The notes: generated from the letters alone by a model not told the origin. Shown: positions 1 to 14,487, counted from the whole stretch's first letter. The stretch is 63,236 nt of DNA, filler included, from Octopus bimaculoides (GCF_001194135.2; 4 parts of 4 records of this genome joined end to end with filler, not necessarily neighbours in it), one strand, 5' to 3'. A program made the numbers and translations.

Positions 1-18
1 AATAAAACTACTGAACAA

Positions 19-34
19 TAATAATAATAATAAC

Positions 35-117
<83 letters not shown>

Positions 118-135
118 TAATAATAATAACAATAC
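19..135 (+). repeat. (AAT)n microsatellite
   Basis: Direct reading of the sequence. Confidence 0.97.
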
Positions 136-599
136 TATCTAGCTACTGTAATGAAAGACCGCTTTACCAAGATCTTGATGTGAACACCCTCCCTCCCCCC
201 ACCACCACTTCCCACTTTAAACAACTCTTCTCACACCACCACATCTTCCCACACCACCACCGCTTCCCCGTACTTAAACTGGGAGTGAGGAATTTTTTTT
301 TTCCAGTCGAGTCGTCGGTGACTAAACCGGCAACCCCGGCGACTAAACCGACAACTCCGCAGAGGGTGTAGGTTTCTTGCTACTTTGGCACTCTAGAGGA
401 AGAAAAACAAGACCTGTATAAAGGCTAATGAACTCTTACGTGGCAATGGCTACAAAAATAGTATACGCCTGACAAGCAAAAGCAATCATAACGCTTGAAA
501 CCCCTTCTAGGAGACAGAAACTTCAAACTTTAAACCAGAAATACAGTGATGGTATCACGGGGAAAAAAATACTGGTGGTTGTGCAACCTGAAATTCACT

Positions 600-3420
600 A
601 ACCCTCTTCATGAGTGCTGAAATGTCAAATAAAAACAGAAATGAGAAAGGCGTGAATGAGGCTGGAATACCTTGTGAATGTCTCTTGCCCGGCGGGTGTC
701 CCACGAGTGAGCAGCGTGGGCCCAGTCGTCATCATGCAATTGCTAAAAGAAGGTGGACCAAAGAAATGAACGCTGCTGTAATGGAGTGCTACTTTCTGGG
801 TAATCCGAGAAACGATAATGAAGTACCCGCTAGAGGATGTAGGAAAAATAATGCACAGGGCATAGAGTGATAGAAGCCTCTTGAAACTAAGTGAACAAAG
901 CCAACAGAAAGGACGAATGGTTATCCTCAGTTGAACTGGAAAGAGCTAAGAGACGGGTGCTTAGAGATAGTAAGACCAGCGGGGAATGTGAAGATGAGGA
1001 AGAGAATGCAGAGAGTGAAACTATGGCAGTAGAGCTGAAGGAAGAAAATGAGCCTGAGGCTGAGATCATGGATCAGAAAAGCAATGAGGGAATGTGTGTA
1101 TGTGTGTGTGTGTGTGTGTGCGTGCGTGTGTGCGTGTGTGTGTGAATGTGTGTGGGTGGGTGTATATTTGTGTGTCTGTTTGGTCTCACCAGCGTCGCTT
1201 GAAATCCGATGCTGGTTTGTTTGCGTCCTCGTAACTTAGCGGTTCGGCAAAAGAGACCGATATAATACGTACTAGGGTTACAAAGAATAAGTTCTGGGGT
1301 TGATTTGCTCGACTATACAGGCTGTGCTCCAGCATGGCCACAGTCAAATGACTGAAGCAAGTAAAAGAGCATTAAAACGTTTTAATAGAAGGAGGTTGCT
1401 AGATATTAGTCAGAAAGTAGATTCTGATATTATTTTCATAGATACTAAACATATCGGTAGCATTAACTTATCGTTTTATGCAGTTGGAGTTGTAGTTAGG
1501 AGCAGACTAGGTATTCCTCTTGGAAACAAAATAGGAAGTACGCAGTATGGAAAAGTAGATAAAAAGACGAAGTGAGACTCTAAGACAAGATCAGAATATA
1601 ATAGATGCCGGGATAAAGAACAAGTTAGGAAACACAAGATTCATATCATAGCAGTGAGATTTAAAACTATCTCGAGCGCTAATGAGTGAAGTATTAGAAA
1701 GAATGTTGAATTGCTGTGGCCCAAGAACAGATTTAGTTCAAGGGTATGTATTAAAGAAATTGAGTAGCTTATAAAGAAGACTGAGGGAACAACTTCAGGA
1801 TTGCCTGAATGGAGAAGTGAAAGACAAAAGTAAGAGAAATATAGCTATTAATTACAGTCCAATTACTTGCTTACCATAAGTAAGGAAGCTGTTTGCAGGA
1901 AAACTCTCAGAAATCATTTATAAACACTATGACAAGCAAACTTTACATGGCAGAAAAAAAGGCTAGACCAATAAATTCTAAAAGAAGTGAAATTTAGAAA
2001 AAAAAATAGCAATAGCATGGATATATTTTATGAAGTCTTATGGTATGTTTCCATATTTATGAATAAGTGAATGTTTGAGAATATTCAGTATTGAACACAA
2101 CACAAGTGAGTGAAATAGTTATAGCATGACGAAATGGAAAGTAGATCTTTACCCAGGTGATACAGCCTTAGGGAATGATCATATCAAGATAGGAATTTTC
2201 CAGGGAATTATCCTTTTTTATATTTGTGCTATGTATAATCTTCCTCAGTTTAGTGTCAAGGAACACAATAACAGGCTATCGGTTTTGAGAGAGTCAAGGA
2301 ATAATTAACCATTTGCTCTACATGGATGATCTGAAGCTTTTTAGTAAGAATAAAAGAGATAGATTTTTTAATGGAAACTGTAAGACTCTTCAGCAACGAT
2401 ACAGATATGTAATTTGGCATAAATAAGCCCACAATATTAGTCGTAACAAAAGATGTAATCAGCAGTGGTAACAGATGATCAAACATAATCACTGAAAAAA
2501 TGAGAAAGTTATAAGTATTTATGAATCTGACAGAGAACTGAATATAGAAATGAAAGATAAAATTGAGTAGCAGTACATTAGAAGGATGAGGAAGTTAATG
2601 AAACCAAAACAAAATCGTCCGAATCCAGTGAAGGCTGAAAATATTTGGACAGTATCTTTACTTAGTTACTCAACATCTTTTGTAGATTAGACAAAATATC
2701 GATTAGTAAATCTAGACAGAAAAAAAAAACTAGGTAGGAATTCAATATTAATGGTGAACTTCATCCTAGAACAGCAGTAGCAATATTGTATTTAATTAGA
2801 AAAGAAAGTTAGAGGTATAGATACCAGCAGAAGAGTGTGTAGCGTTAGCTAAAGTAGATATACCCTCCTATGTAGGTAATAATAAGGAAATTTCATTAAG
2901 AACTGCTAGTGTAACAGTTGCAGAGGGGAAAGAAAAAGCCAAATATAATTGGAAGCCAGAAAATAGAAGCGGAATTTTCTGACTGGGAAAAGAATACATG
3001 ATAACCTAGGGAGAATGATCCACTGGCAATTATGTAGAAAGCTAGGATTTGACCATTTGACCATGTGATTTGATTGTTAAGTGGTACGGAAATGCACCTA
3101 GTAAAGTGCTACAACGTAAGCAATATAAGATATTGTGGGAGTTTAACATTCAGACTGATACAGTAATAGAAGCTAAAAATACCTGATTTAGTAGTTGTAT
3201 ACAAAGAGAAGTGCCATGTAACTGTCTTTACAATCCTAAACGATGAGGGATATAATCCTAAATATGAGGGATATAAAGTAAATAGTAAAGTACCAGAACC
3301 TAGCCATTGAGTTACAGAGGCTATAGAAGGTGCGGGTAAAATGTATCTCAGTAGTTATAGCTGTATTAGGAACTATTTTTAAAGAGTTTTCTTTTCCAAC
3401 AGTTTAATCTACTACTACTA
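600..3420 (+). mobile_element. Decayed non-LTR retrotransposon, R4/Dong-like (RT plus restriction-like endonuclease), followed by an (AAT)n tail
   Basis: N-terminal RRWTKEMNAAVMECYF and YAVGVVVRSRLG. RT-region fragments (IKIGIFQG). C-terminal LWEFNIQTD and LAIELQRL..VRVKCISVVIAVLGTI. Many stops and frameshifts. Confidence 0.75.
1190..1372 (+). mobile_element. SINE-like repeat nested in the R4-like LINE
   Basis: Ends ...CAGCATGGCCACAGTCAAATGACTGAAGCAAGTAAAAGA. A related 3' end occurs at ~10485-10512 (CATGGCTGAAACAAGTAAAAGA). Confidence 0.6.
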
Positions 3421-3424
3421 CTAC

Positions 3425-3472
<48 letters not shown>

Positions 3473-4065
3473 AATATAATAGTGAAATCGAATCAAGTGT
3501 CGGTGAGGAAGAAGAAGACGAAGAAAGAGGAGGAGGTTGAAGAAAAAGAGAAGAAGAGGGAAACGAAGAATGATAATAATAATAATAATAATAAGATAAT
3601 AATGAAGAAGAAGGAGAGGAAGAAGAAAAAGGAAATGGAGGGAATGATAATAATAGTAATGAGATGTTGATGATGATGATGATGAAGAAGAAGAAGAAGA
3701 AGAAGAAGAAGAAGAAGAAGAAGAAGAAGAAGAAGAAGAAGAAGAGGGAAACGATGAATGATAAGAAAAGCAAGAAGTTGATGAAGAAGAAGAAGGAGGA
3801 GGAGGAGGAGGAGGAGGAGGAAGAAGGAGGAGAAGAAGAAGGAGGAGGAGGAGAAGAAGAAGAAGACGAAGAAGAAGAGGAAGAAGATGGAGGAGGACAA
3901 GAAGAATGAGAAGGAGAAGAAGAAGAAGAAGAAGAAGATGGAGGAGGAGGACAAGAAGAATGAGAAGGAGGGGGAGGAGGAGGAGGAGGAGGAGGAGAAG
4001 ACGAAGAAGAATAAGAAGAAGANNNNNNNNNNGAAGAATAAGAAGAAGAAGGAGGAGGAGGGGAG

Positions 4066-4097
<32 letters not shown>

Positions 4098-4150
4098 GAA
4101 GAAGAAAAAGAAAAAGAAGAAGAAGAAGAAGAAGAAGAAGAAGAAGAAAT
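3405..4150 (+). repeat. Mosaic trinucleotide low-complexity tract (TAC/AAT/GAA/GAG/GAT)
   Basis: Direct reading. Source of the poly-E/K/R/S/L pseudo-ORFs. Confidence 0.95.
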
Positions 4151-4564
4151 CATATGAATATATCTAGTGAGGTTTTAAAGCACATCATTTAAAAAGTGAT
4201 GGTGTTCTCTGAATGTGAAATATAACAGCGATTAACACATCGTGTCAGAACTTATTAGGAATGAAAATTTCTTTATCGTTTCAATACCTGATACTTTACG
4301 TGTACATGAAAACTCCTTATCTTCTAGAAGACATAAGCACGCATAAAGAAATAATTTGTTTGCTGAATTATGTAAACAAAGCGACCATTCTTTTTTAATC
4401 GGACGTGGTTAAGTTAGTCTCGTAATTCCGCCATGTCGATCAACATAGATCGCCTGCGCGAGTTCTCCGAAAGAGAAATTCCCCAGCAATCAATATATTC
4501 CCATCCAGATCTACTACGACATATTAAGAATGAATATGTGCATTATCGTATATATGTATCCGTA

Positions 4565-4566
<2 letters not shown>

Positions 4567-4653
<87 letters not shown>
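4567..4653 (+). repeat. (CT)n microsatellite
   Basis: Direct reading. Confidence 0.97.
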
Positions 4654-4655
<2 letters not shown>

Positions 4656-5835
4656 ACATACATACACTCACACAACGCGCGTGTCCGTAAAACAATGTGT
4701 ATCCTGAGACTGACTGCTGTTCCGTCCTGCGGAGAATATATATGACACAGAATCCGGGAAACTTGTCTTATAGGGGTGTCTCCGGAAGACATTTGGTCCT
4801 TGTTTATATAGACAGTTTATTCTATTCAAGCTGCGTTGAATACAATATATGAAAGAAAAACTGTTTAACACAATATTCAACGCTGTTTCGTACGACATTA
4901 TTTAACTCTCGCTCGACTAAGCTTTGCCACATCAACAAACACACAGCATGTCGTTTTGTAAAAACATAAAATCGTTCTTATCAGGGTGGATATAACACAT
5001 CTGGTGTTTCTAATTCACGAACATACGCCCAGTGACATCATTTACAAACCAATATGACTTTTCACACGTCCTGAAGAAAAAAAAACTCTCTTGGGACTAT
5101 TTGCGCAATGTAAGATCTTTTCACACACACGCACACACACACATATGAGTGTAAGTATGTACTCGTAAAGTGGACTGGATTTTTTCTTTTATTGTACTAC
5201 AAAATATACTGCATTTTTTAAACATACCCAAATTTAAACTTTTTCTCCCTAGCTTCCATAAGCACAAATATTCATTACATAGTCTCGAAAATATTAACTC
5301 CACAAGAATGAATTCACGCATAAACACTGACAAATAGAATGGCTGCATACATATAAAGCCACCTCAATAATTAACCAAAACGTTGAACATCTCGCATGTG
5401 GAGAAACATCTTTCAGCCCTATTTAATACAACAGTCATTGTTAGGGAAGCTAAACTGGTGTGAAACATTTAACTTTACGTTTACTTCTATGATTTAATGG
5501 AGGGCTGTTGCTTGAAAGGCTAAACAACATATATTTTAATCTTCCCACACACTAATTAATTTGTGTAATCTGTGACTGGGTTCATATTAGTTTTTAAGTT
5601 TGTTTATATAGACAGACACACACTTATATCAATACATTCAATTTTGTAATACTTGAAACTATATCTACCTCATTCGACCTGATCGTATAAAGGCATATAT
5701 GCATATATACATAATTATGCATACATACATAATTATGCATACATTTTCAATGATGATTTTGAGTACCTAATTCTTGGATTTGATTACACCGCACACTGAA
5801 TTCCCTCGGAGTACGTCGCTTTCGAACCTTTGATC

Positions 5836-5877
<42 letters not shown>

Positions 5878-6989
5878 NNNNNNNNNNNNNNNNNNNNNNN
5901 NNNNNNNNNNNNNNNNNNNNNNNNNNNNNNNNNNNNNNNNNNNNNNNNNNNNNNNNNNNNNNNNNNNNNNNNNNNNNNNNNNNNNNNNNNNNNNNNNNNN
6001 NNNNNNNNNNNNNNNNNNNNNNNNNNNNNNNNNNNNNNNNNNNNNNNNNNNNNNNNNNNNNNNNNNNNNNNNNNNNNNNNNNNNNNNNNNNNNNNNNNNN
6101 NNNNNNNNNNNNNNNNNNNNNNNNNNNNNNNNNNNNNNNNNNNNNNNNNNNNNNNNNNNNNNNNNNNNNNNNNNNNNNNNNNNNNNNNNNNNNNNNNNNN
6201 NNNNNNNNNNNNNNNNNNNNNNNNNNNNNNNNNNNNNNNNNNNNNNNNNNNNNNNNNNNNNNNNNNNNNNNNNNNNNNNNNNNNNNNNNNNNNNNNNNNN
6301 NNNNNNNNNNNNNNNNNNNNNNNNNNNNNNNNNNNNNNNNNNNNNNNNNNNNNNNNNNNNNNTATATATATATATATACATGTATACGTACATAATCAAT
6401 TTGTTTCTATACATATAGATATATTGGTTATGTCTTTGACGATATTTTGTGCGAAACGCAATGGCGCTTGGCAAAGTATGCCTAAACTGCACATATTCAT
6501 ATTCACAATCACACAATTGCCTGTGTGCATATATACAGTATATATATAGTTTTACATATGTGTGTATGCGTATTTGCTTGCTTGTATGTACTGTAACGAA
6601 GTTTCCTATCCCACATTACGTTTTATGCCTATATTCAGCGTAGGTGTCAAATCCGTGTGATTAAGCCATAAGGTTTTTAGCAACTAGAGAGCGATAACGA
6701 GCCGACTAGCTAAGACTATCATTAACTCCATCATCTGGATTTGCTTGTTCACCTCTGCTTATTGAGATTAGCTTATTGCCAACTGTAGAGAAATGCATGT
6801 ATGTATGTGTGTATGTATGTATGTGTGCATGTATGTACGCATGTATGCTTGTATGTATGCCTGTATGTATGTATGTCATTGTTCAGTTTCATTTCAAGAA
6901 TTCTAGCCTAGATTCAAGGCTCCTTCATTGGAATTTCAACATCAACATCAGAATATGGTTGTGTTCATGCATGTAAATGTGCAAATTTT

Positions 6990-8140
6990 ATATACCTTTC
7001 TTTATGTATGTATCCTCATGCATATCTAGAAATGCTTATAAATATCTAAAGATAAACTTCTGGTAAATTTTACAGATTTTTACACTTCCAGTGATGAATA
7101 GAATCCGTAACCTTCGAATTAGCTTTCTCCTTTCTGGCTTTTAAAAACCTAATTTCTCAAGATTGGTATTTAGGCAGTGTGTTACATATCTCAGGGACCC
7201 AATAATTACAGGTATAAACCTGAACTTGTAATCTAGATTGAGTTACTGCAAATTTCTCAATAGTTCAGCGTAGGTGTTTTTGTTTCACTGATCTTCAGGT
7301 TTATAACATCAGTTGGGCAGTTAATTTTCACAACTGAGCACAGTTACTCTTCTCTATCCCAAATCATTATATCAGGTCTGTTATGCTTACATATTATTGA
7401 GGTCTTCGGTGGGACATTCCTCCAGTAATCCTTTTTATTATGAGTGGTTATGGTTTCTACTATACTGTAAGTTCTTCGTTCTTTGTTCTCGGGGTTATCC
7501 TTCCGACGGATTTCGTTACAGAGCGTCCTAGCTACAACGTCATGTCTAATCGGTAGATAATACCATGATGACATTTTCGGGCAACTACTTATGACGTGGG
7601 TGATATCTTCAATGTAAACTCCACAAAGTCTGCATTGGTTGTTGCATTTTACTGTTTTTATTGCATCTCTATCCCTTTTGTGCATCAGGTATTTGATGGA
7701 AAATTCTTGTTCCTGGATTGCAAACGCACACCCTTCAAAGTGGGTGCTAGTAATCCGGCTATTCGTCCATGATAAACTGCTTTGGTGATCGATGTTACTA
7801 TCATCTCGGAGCTTTCTACTAACATATCCATGCATTGTCTTCTGCTCATACAGGCTCATCGTTTCATCTGATGATAGGCTGCGGTAGAGTCGTGCGACTC
7901 TTGGGGGCATGTATTTATTCTAGGTTATCAGACAAAAAATGTTGTTCAAGGAGCTGCCTTCTAATTCCTATGATGTTATCAGCCCCACGTATGCAAACTT
8001 GGTACAGGGATTCACTTCGACACTTGGTGGTTAAGAGTTGTTGCCGAAGAGCTATATGACATTCAAAGGCATTTTGAAACCATGTTAAGCCTCTGCCACC
8101 TTGTTTCCGTTTTAGGTAGGGGTGGTCTGCCTCACAGTTT
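6990..8140 (-). mobile_element. 3' portion of an RLE-type non-LTR retrotransposon (CCHC knuckle plus PD-(D/E)xK nuclease)
   Basis: ORF 7344..7910: CRLCGVYIEDITHVISSC, RHDVVAR, HNRPDIMIWD. Same family as 59440-60180. Confidence 0.85.
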
Positions 8141-8159
8141 ATGTTGAAATTATGTGTGC

Positions 8160-8490
8160 TCTGTTAGTATGTATGTATATTTGTATGTATGTATGTATGT
8201 ATGTATGTATGTATGTATGTATGTATGTATGAATGTATGTATATTTGTATGTATATATTGTGTGTATTTGTAGGTATGCATGTGTGTATGTATGCGTGTA
8301 TGGATGTATGAATGTTTGTATGTATGTATATGTGCGTGCGTGTGTGTATGAATGTATATACGTATGTTTGTTTTTATGTGTGTCTGTAGGTATGTATATT
8401 TGTATGTATGTATGTATGTTTCTAGGTATGTATTTGTGCTAGTAGGTATGTATATTCGTATGTATGTATGTATATATGTATGTTTCTGTG
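8160..8490 (+). repeat. (GTAT)n and degenerate GT-rich microsatellite
   Basis: Direct reading. Confidence 0.93.
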
Positions 8491-9169
8491 TATAATTGTG
8501 CGTGTGCGAGTGCGCGGGTGTGCGCGGCGCGCGTGTGCGTGTGTTTAGATACAACCTTGCATTATTTCTTAAGTTATTAAGCCCTTCTTTATATTCGTAT
8601 CGGAAGTGCCAATCCCTTTTTTCTCTGTATTATCCAGGAATATATTTTGTCTGGCTAATTTCAATGTTAACACAACTTATACTTTGAATAATCTTTTATG
8701 AGGAGGAAGAAAATACCGAGAATTTCTGGACTGATCTCAGTCCAATCCACTCTTGTCACGTTTTATATCAAGAGAAATTTCTATTATCCGCGTCTTCGGA
8801 TCTATGACGAATTATATTGCATTAATTTTTATCTTTCAATCTCTGTCCGTCCGGTTATCTCTGTGTTTGTCTTCTATTTTATCTTAACATCTCGCTCTGT
8901 CTTGTTATATTTCCCTCTCACTCTCTCACACAGTCATTCGTTCTTTATATAATCTCCTATTCACATCTACCGCTTTGGCTTGTTTTACTCTGATTATCAC
9001 CTTTTTCCATAGTTTCTTTATACTTAAGCGTCTATTCATATGACATTTTATGTTGATTGTGTGCTTGTGTTTTGATGATATCGTTTTGTTGTTTATTATT
9101 CAAGGCCTGTTTCCGTCATCACTTCATATTGTGCTTGATAATCAGTTGCGATTCGTTTTCTTGTGCTGC

Positions 9170-9204
<35 letters not shown>

Positions 9205-10720
9205 TGCGCTTGCAATTGCTATTCAAATTGCATCCTTCTATTATATATTTCTCTTATTTTTAGTTTGATATTTTATGTTGTTATGATTATCACAACTGTT
9301 GCTATTTTTGTCATAATTATTGTTCTTATTTTCCCATCAAAATAATTTTTACTCTCGGTCTTGTTATGAATATCTTTGTTGTTAATAAGGCGCTTCACAT
9401 TATTGTTTTTGCATTTGTTTACAAATGGTTATGCGCTGTTTCAGCGATTCCCCCTTCATATTATTATATGAGATATTTGTTATCTCCACTTGTTTTAAAT
9501 AGCTTATACATTGTTTGTATATTCTGTGGCATTTTAGATATTTCTTTTGATTTCACAACTTTGCAGTGCTTTATTAGTTTTATCGTTCTATTTACTATAG
9601 CAATTCTTTGAGTTGAGAAATCATTATTTTAATTCTTGCAATAAAGAATGGATATGTGAAGCAGATTTTGAAACCCAGTCGCTAACCTCTGTAACAACAG
9701 TTTCGATAAATCTTCATCTAGTTCAAACTAGATTATGTTTATTAGAGTGTTTCTTTATTTTATTGTTAATAAAAAAAAATATGCTACTCAAGACCAATCT
9801 TAAGTCAAATGTGATTAAGGTGAATTTTGACCAAAGTTATTCCAAACATGTCCATCACACTGTTAACGTTTCTCTCACACATTATCGAATGAAAACAGAC
9901 ACAAAAAACAGCAAAAAACACAATAGGGTGCTCTTTGAAGAAGATTTAGCTGCTACTTCTATTAGACAACACTGCAGCATAGCGACTTCCAAGTTAACAT
10001 CTATAATGACCAGTAACATTCAATGGTTTTGATAATCGATCATATCGTTATGCTAAATATATATATATTGACGTTCTATTGAAGTGATCGATATTCACCC
10101 AGTAGTTATTATATCTGTATTTATCTCCTGTTTTTTGTCATATTATCATTATTATTAACTTTGCTATTTCTATTGATTTTCAAGACGCTGTGCGTTGTGA
10201 TACTTTTCTTGTTATTCCTCTTCACATTCTATTTATTGGCGTTCTCATTACTCTCAGTTGCATCCGTTATGATAGTATTCCTACATTTTCTGGTGAGCCA
10301 TCGTGGTGATATTATTTCATTTTTTTTTTCATTGTTTTTCTAGCCCTACATCAGTGGCTATGATCAATTATGTTTTAGTTGACACCGTTTGGCCATTTTC
10401 GTTACTCAGACTAGTACCGTTCATCTTCAGCTTTATTTTTAAAACAATGAATATGGAATTTTAAGACAAATTAGCAAGACCGCAGCCGCATGGCTGAAAC
10501 AAGTAAAAGAATTATATTACAGTGTCATAAAGTTCCTTTTACTTCTACGATGAGCAATTTTATGTTAATGCCTTCACAAAATTTGTTCTAAGATCAGATC
10601 AGATCATAATTCTTCTACTTGTTGATCTGGTTTTTTTTTTTGTTTGAGGCCATTGTATCAGGTATCCAAGAATGTTGTGGTTTGGTATCAGGCCGTGTGA
10701 TACCATAGAAGCTATATTCT

Positions 10721-10721
<1 letters not shown>

Positions 10722-10798
<77 letters not shown>

Positions 10799-10799
10799 C
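10722..10799 (+). repeat. (TAC)n microsatellite
   Basis: Direct reading. Confidence 0.97.
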
Positions 10800-11878
10800 A
10801 TGCTGCTTCTGCTGTTTGGATTACTACATGTGATGGTTTTTGGTGGTAAATTATGAAAAAAACTCGAATGTGTGAAATATATGACTGGACTTTAGTACGT
10901 CTTCCTATGATCGCTAGATGGACATTTTTTGAATTAACAGATAAAAATGCTTCAGGGTAACCTACAAGAAGTAGAAGCCTTTTCCTACCCCTACATTTCA
11001 CCCTATCAAGTAAGATAAATACGCAGTGGAAAATGTAAAAGTTCACATTTGTATATACCAAGAATATTTTGATGATCTCTCATGGAACCCGTTCAATCAT
11101 AGGATAATGCGCTTCTTCAGGACTGAGATTCTGTATAAATTGGCTGCTTGATCAGGATGTCCGTATGCTAAACAATGATAGCGGTATAACTCCATATCAT
11201 GCTGGAAAAGTTAATTAGTTGTAACAGAGACGCATCCTTAATTTTAGATAGCATTTGTCACTTATCCATCTAACATAAGAAGAACAAGTGTTCAAAACTA
11301 TGGTCCTATAAAACTTTATTTTTAGCCTTGTATAAAGATTAAGTATTTCTAATATTACTGTTGTGTTGTAGCTGTTTTCCGTTTATGCAAAATTTTATTG
11401 ATGGTGTTAGCAACGCTGACGTTAATGCTATTTTAGTAATTTCATTTGCTCATGCTGACTTCATCGTTAATCCTGCAATTTGCGGAGATAATTTCATGGT
11501 TATGACGTCTAATTTTCAACCATTTCCCAATCAATACAAGCTCACGTTATTGGCAATGTTATCTGGAAAACGCAGAAGATTTCTTATTCTATTCAAAGAA
11601 CGCTTTTCATCGAGTAATACGACAAGAAGGACAACGGATTAACATGTCGATTTTTTGATAATCGATCTAATTTCGGCTTGCATTTTACAGATATATGGTT
11701 TATTCAGTCAACACGTGAAAGACAAAAAATGTTGCTAAATATTTGTAACTTGGTTGATTAGGAAAATATTGAGGAAGCAGACACTACAAGCGTATTAATT
11801 TTATCAGGAAATATGTGTGCATGTGTGTGAGTGTATGTACGCTTATATACATACATACATACATACACGCATACAGAC

Positions 11879-11925
<47 letters not shown>

Positions 11926-12854
11926 NNNNNNNNNNNNNNNNNNNNNNNNNNNNNNNNNNNNNNNNNNNNNNNNNNNNNNNNNNNNNNNNNNNNNNNNNNN
12001 NNNNNNNNNNNNNNNNNNNNNNNNNNNNNNNNNNNNNNNNNNNNNNNNNNNNNNNNNNNNNNNNNNNNNNNNNNNNNNNNNNNNNNNNNNNNNNNNNNNN
12101 NNNNNNNNNNNNNNNNNNNNNNNNNNNNNNNNNNNNNNNNNNNNNNNNNNNNNNNNNNNNNNNNNNNNNNNNNNNNNNNNNNNNNNNNNNNNNNNNNNNN
12201 NNNNNNNNNNNNNNNNNNNNNNNNNNNNNNNNNNNNNNNNNNNNNNNNNNNNNNNNNNNNNNNNNNNNNNNNNNNNNNNNNNNNNNNNNNNNNNNNNNNN
12301 NNNNNNNNNNNNNNNNNNNNNNNNNNNNNNNNNNNNNNNNNNNNNNNNNNNNNNNNNNNNNNNNNNNNNNNNNNNNNNNNNNNNNNNNNNNNNNNNNNNN
12401 NNNNNNNNNNNNNNNNNNNNNNNNNNNNNNNNNNNNNNNNNNNNNNNNNNNNNNNNNNNNNNNNNNNNNNNNNNNNNNNNNNNNNNNNNNNNNNNNNNNN
12501 NNNNNNNNNNNNNNNNNNNNNNNNNNNNNNNNNNNNNNNNNNNNNNNNNNNNNNNNNNNNNNNNNNNNNNNNNNNNNNNNNNNNNNNNNNNNNNNNNNNN
12601 NNNNNNNNNNNNNNNNNNNNNNNNNNNNNNNNNNNNNNNNNNNNNNNNNNNNNNNNNNNNNNNNNNNNNNNNNNNNNNNNNNNNNNNNNNNNNNNNNNNN
12701 NNNNNNNNNNNNNNNNNNNNNNNNNNNNNNNNNNNNNNNNNNNNNNNNNNNNNNNNNNNNNNNNNNNNNNNNNNNNNNNNNNNNNNNNNNNNNNNNNNNN
12801 NNNNNNNNNNNNNNNNNNNNNNNNNNNNNNNNNNNNNNNNNNNNNNNNNNNNNA

Positions 12855-12891
<37 letters not shown>

Positions 12892-13949
12892 ACACGCACA
12901 CATATACATATATACATGTGGGTATAGATGTACGTATACTTGTATGAGTGCGTAATGTCTGTGTATTGTGTGTGTGTGTGTGTATTGTGTGTGTGTGTGT
13001 GTATGTGTGTGTGTGTCTGTGTATGTGATATTATATATCATACTTATCAAAGCAGGAGACTCAGATCCTAGATTAAAAAACAACAAACTCGAGACAAATT
13101 TAGTCACGTAAATATTGCTTATTGGTTTACCGTGTTCCCAATTTCGAACTACTTTGAATGTGTAGACTTCGATTTCCTATTAGGAAGATATATTTACATT
13201 TATATTCTATAAGTTTTGACAGGTTTGACTCTGGTACTTACTTTATCGATCTTTACTAATCGTGTAGCTATATGACGTATATAAAACGACAAATCACGCC
13301 GATGGTAAACAAAAACAGATTCGGATGGAGTCGACAAAATCTTAAGCACACTTACACCTACACACAGCATGAATGTTTATGTGTGTCTGTGCATGTGTGT
13401 CTGCGTGTGTGTGTGTATGTGGGTGTGCTTATGTGTATATACATACGTACTCATATAGAAACACACGCACACACTCACACACGCATACACAGACAGAGAG
13501 ACAGACAAACACACACACACACATATAGGCATAGACCCACATATGTGTATTTATTTTTAAAATTGACCGGATAAATAGAATCCGAACAATCACCTGAGGG
13601 ATCTAGTCTTTCTCGGTCGCAAAATGGGCCACCCCACCCCACTTAATTTTGCACAGATTGCTTTAAATTTTGGTGTATCGATGCAGCTCTGAATTTTGAT
13701 TATGATCAACCAATTACTGTATTTCGTAAGTTAAAGAATCTGGTGTTATTTGGCATTAAATTTGAGAAATTTGGCTAACGTACCCATTCAAAACGCAACG
13801 TGGCATTAGCTGCTTGTCACCATGACAACCACACTCTGTGCTGTGGTTCACTGTTGTTTCGGCCGCTGTTGTCTATGTTGATTTTTAACACCACGAGATT
13901 CTCTTCACCCGCGTGTTTTGTTTTAATTTTTCTGTGTGTCAGTTATATT

Positions 13950-14070
13950 ACATATTTTCTGTGCTTCTGTGTGTTAGTATCTTTCTGTACTTTTTTCTGT
14001 GTTAGTATTTTTCTGTGCTTTTTTCTGTGTGTTAGTATTTTTCTGTACTTTTCTGTGTGTCAGTGTTTTC
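13950..14070 (+). repeat. Degenerate ~30-bp minisatellite (TTTTCTGTGYTTTTTTCTGTGTGTTAGTAT), about 4 units
   Basis: Recurring GTTAGTAT and TTCTGT blocks. Confidence 0.7.
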
Positions 14071-14450
14071 ACATATTTTTTTATTTCATATAGTTTTGGG
14101 ACTCATTGACTCAGATAGCTGGATGTATGATTTCACTAGGTCAATTCTGTTCATAAATTTTATATTAAGAGTATTTCATAACTGAAATTTAACCTACGTA
14201 ACAGGAATTGAGAGGGATATCGTGGAACAGAGAAACTGTGGGTGATACAGATAATCTTACATTATTTTTGAATTCTGCATGCAAAAACGAATAAGATACA
14301 AGTATTCTTTTCCTTGGGACAAATTCTTTGTTGACCAGTTTTTTTTTTCTTATCCAAGCATGAAAACGTTACTCAACTTTGGAGTTTTGGAGACAGACGC
14401 CCCTTTCACACACATACACACACACACATACACACACACGCACACACATA

Positions 14451-14487
<37 letters not shown>

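Noticed and set aside
3366-4192. Long poly-E/K/R/S/L/F ORFs on both strands
   Set aside because: Translations of trinucleotide microsatellites; no domain and no splice context.
6634-7278. 14-bp direct repeat TTCAGCGTAGGTGT at ~6635 and ~7264
   Set aside because: One copy lies inside the LINE coding relic. Too short to distinguish from chance or a TE fragment, and does not bound an element.
5767-13107. 200-450 aa ORFs at 5.8-6.5 kb and 11.8-13.1 kb (likewise 27 kb and 57.7-58.5 kb)
   Set aside because: They are read through N runs and (TA)n edges.
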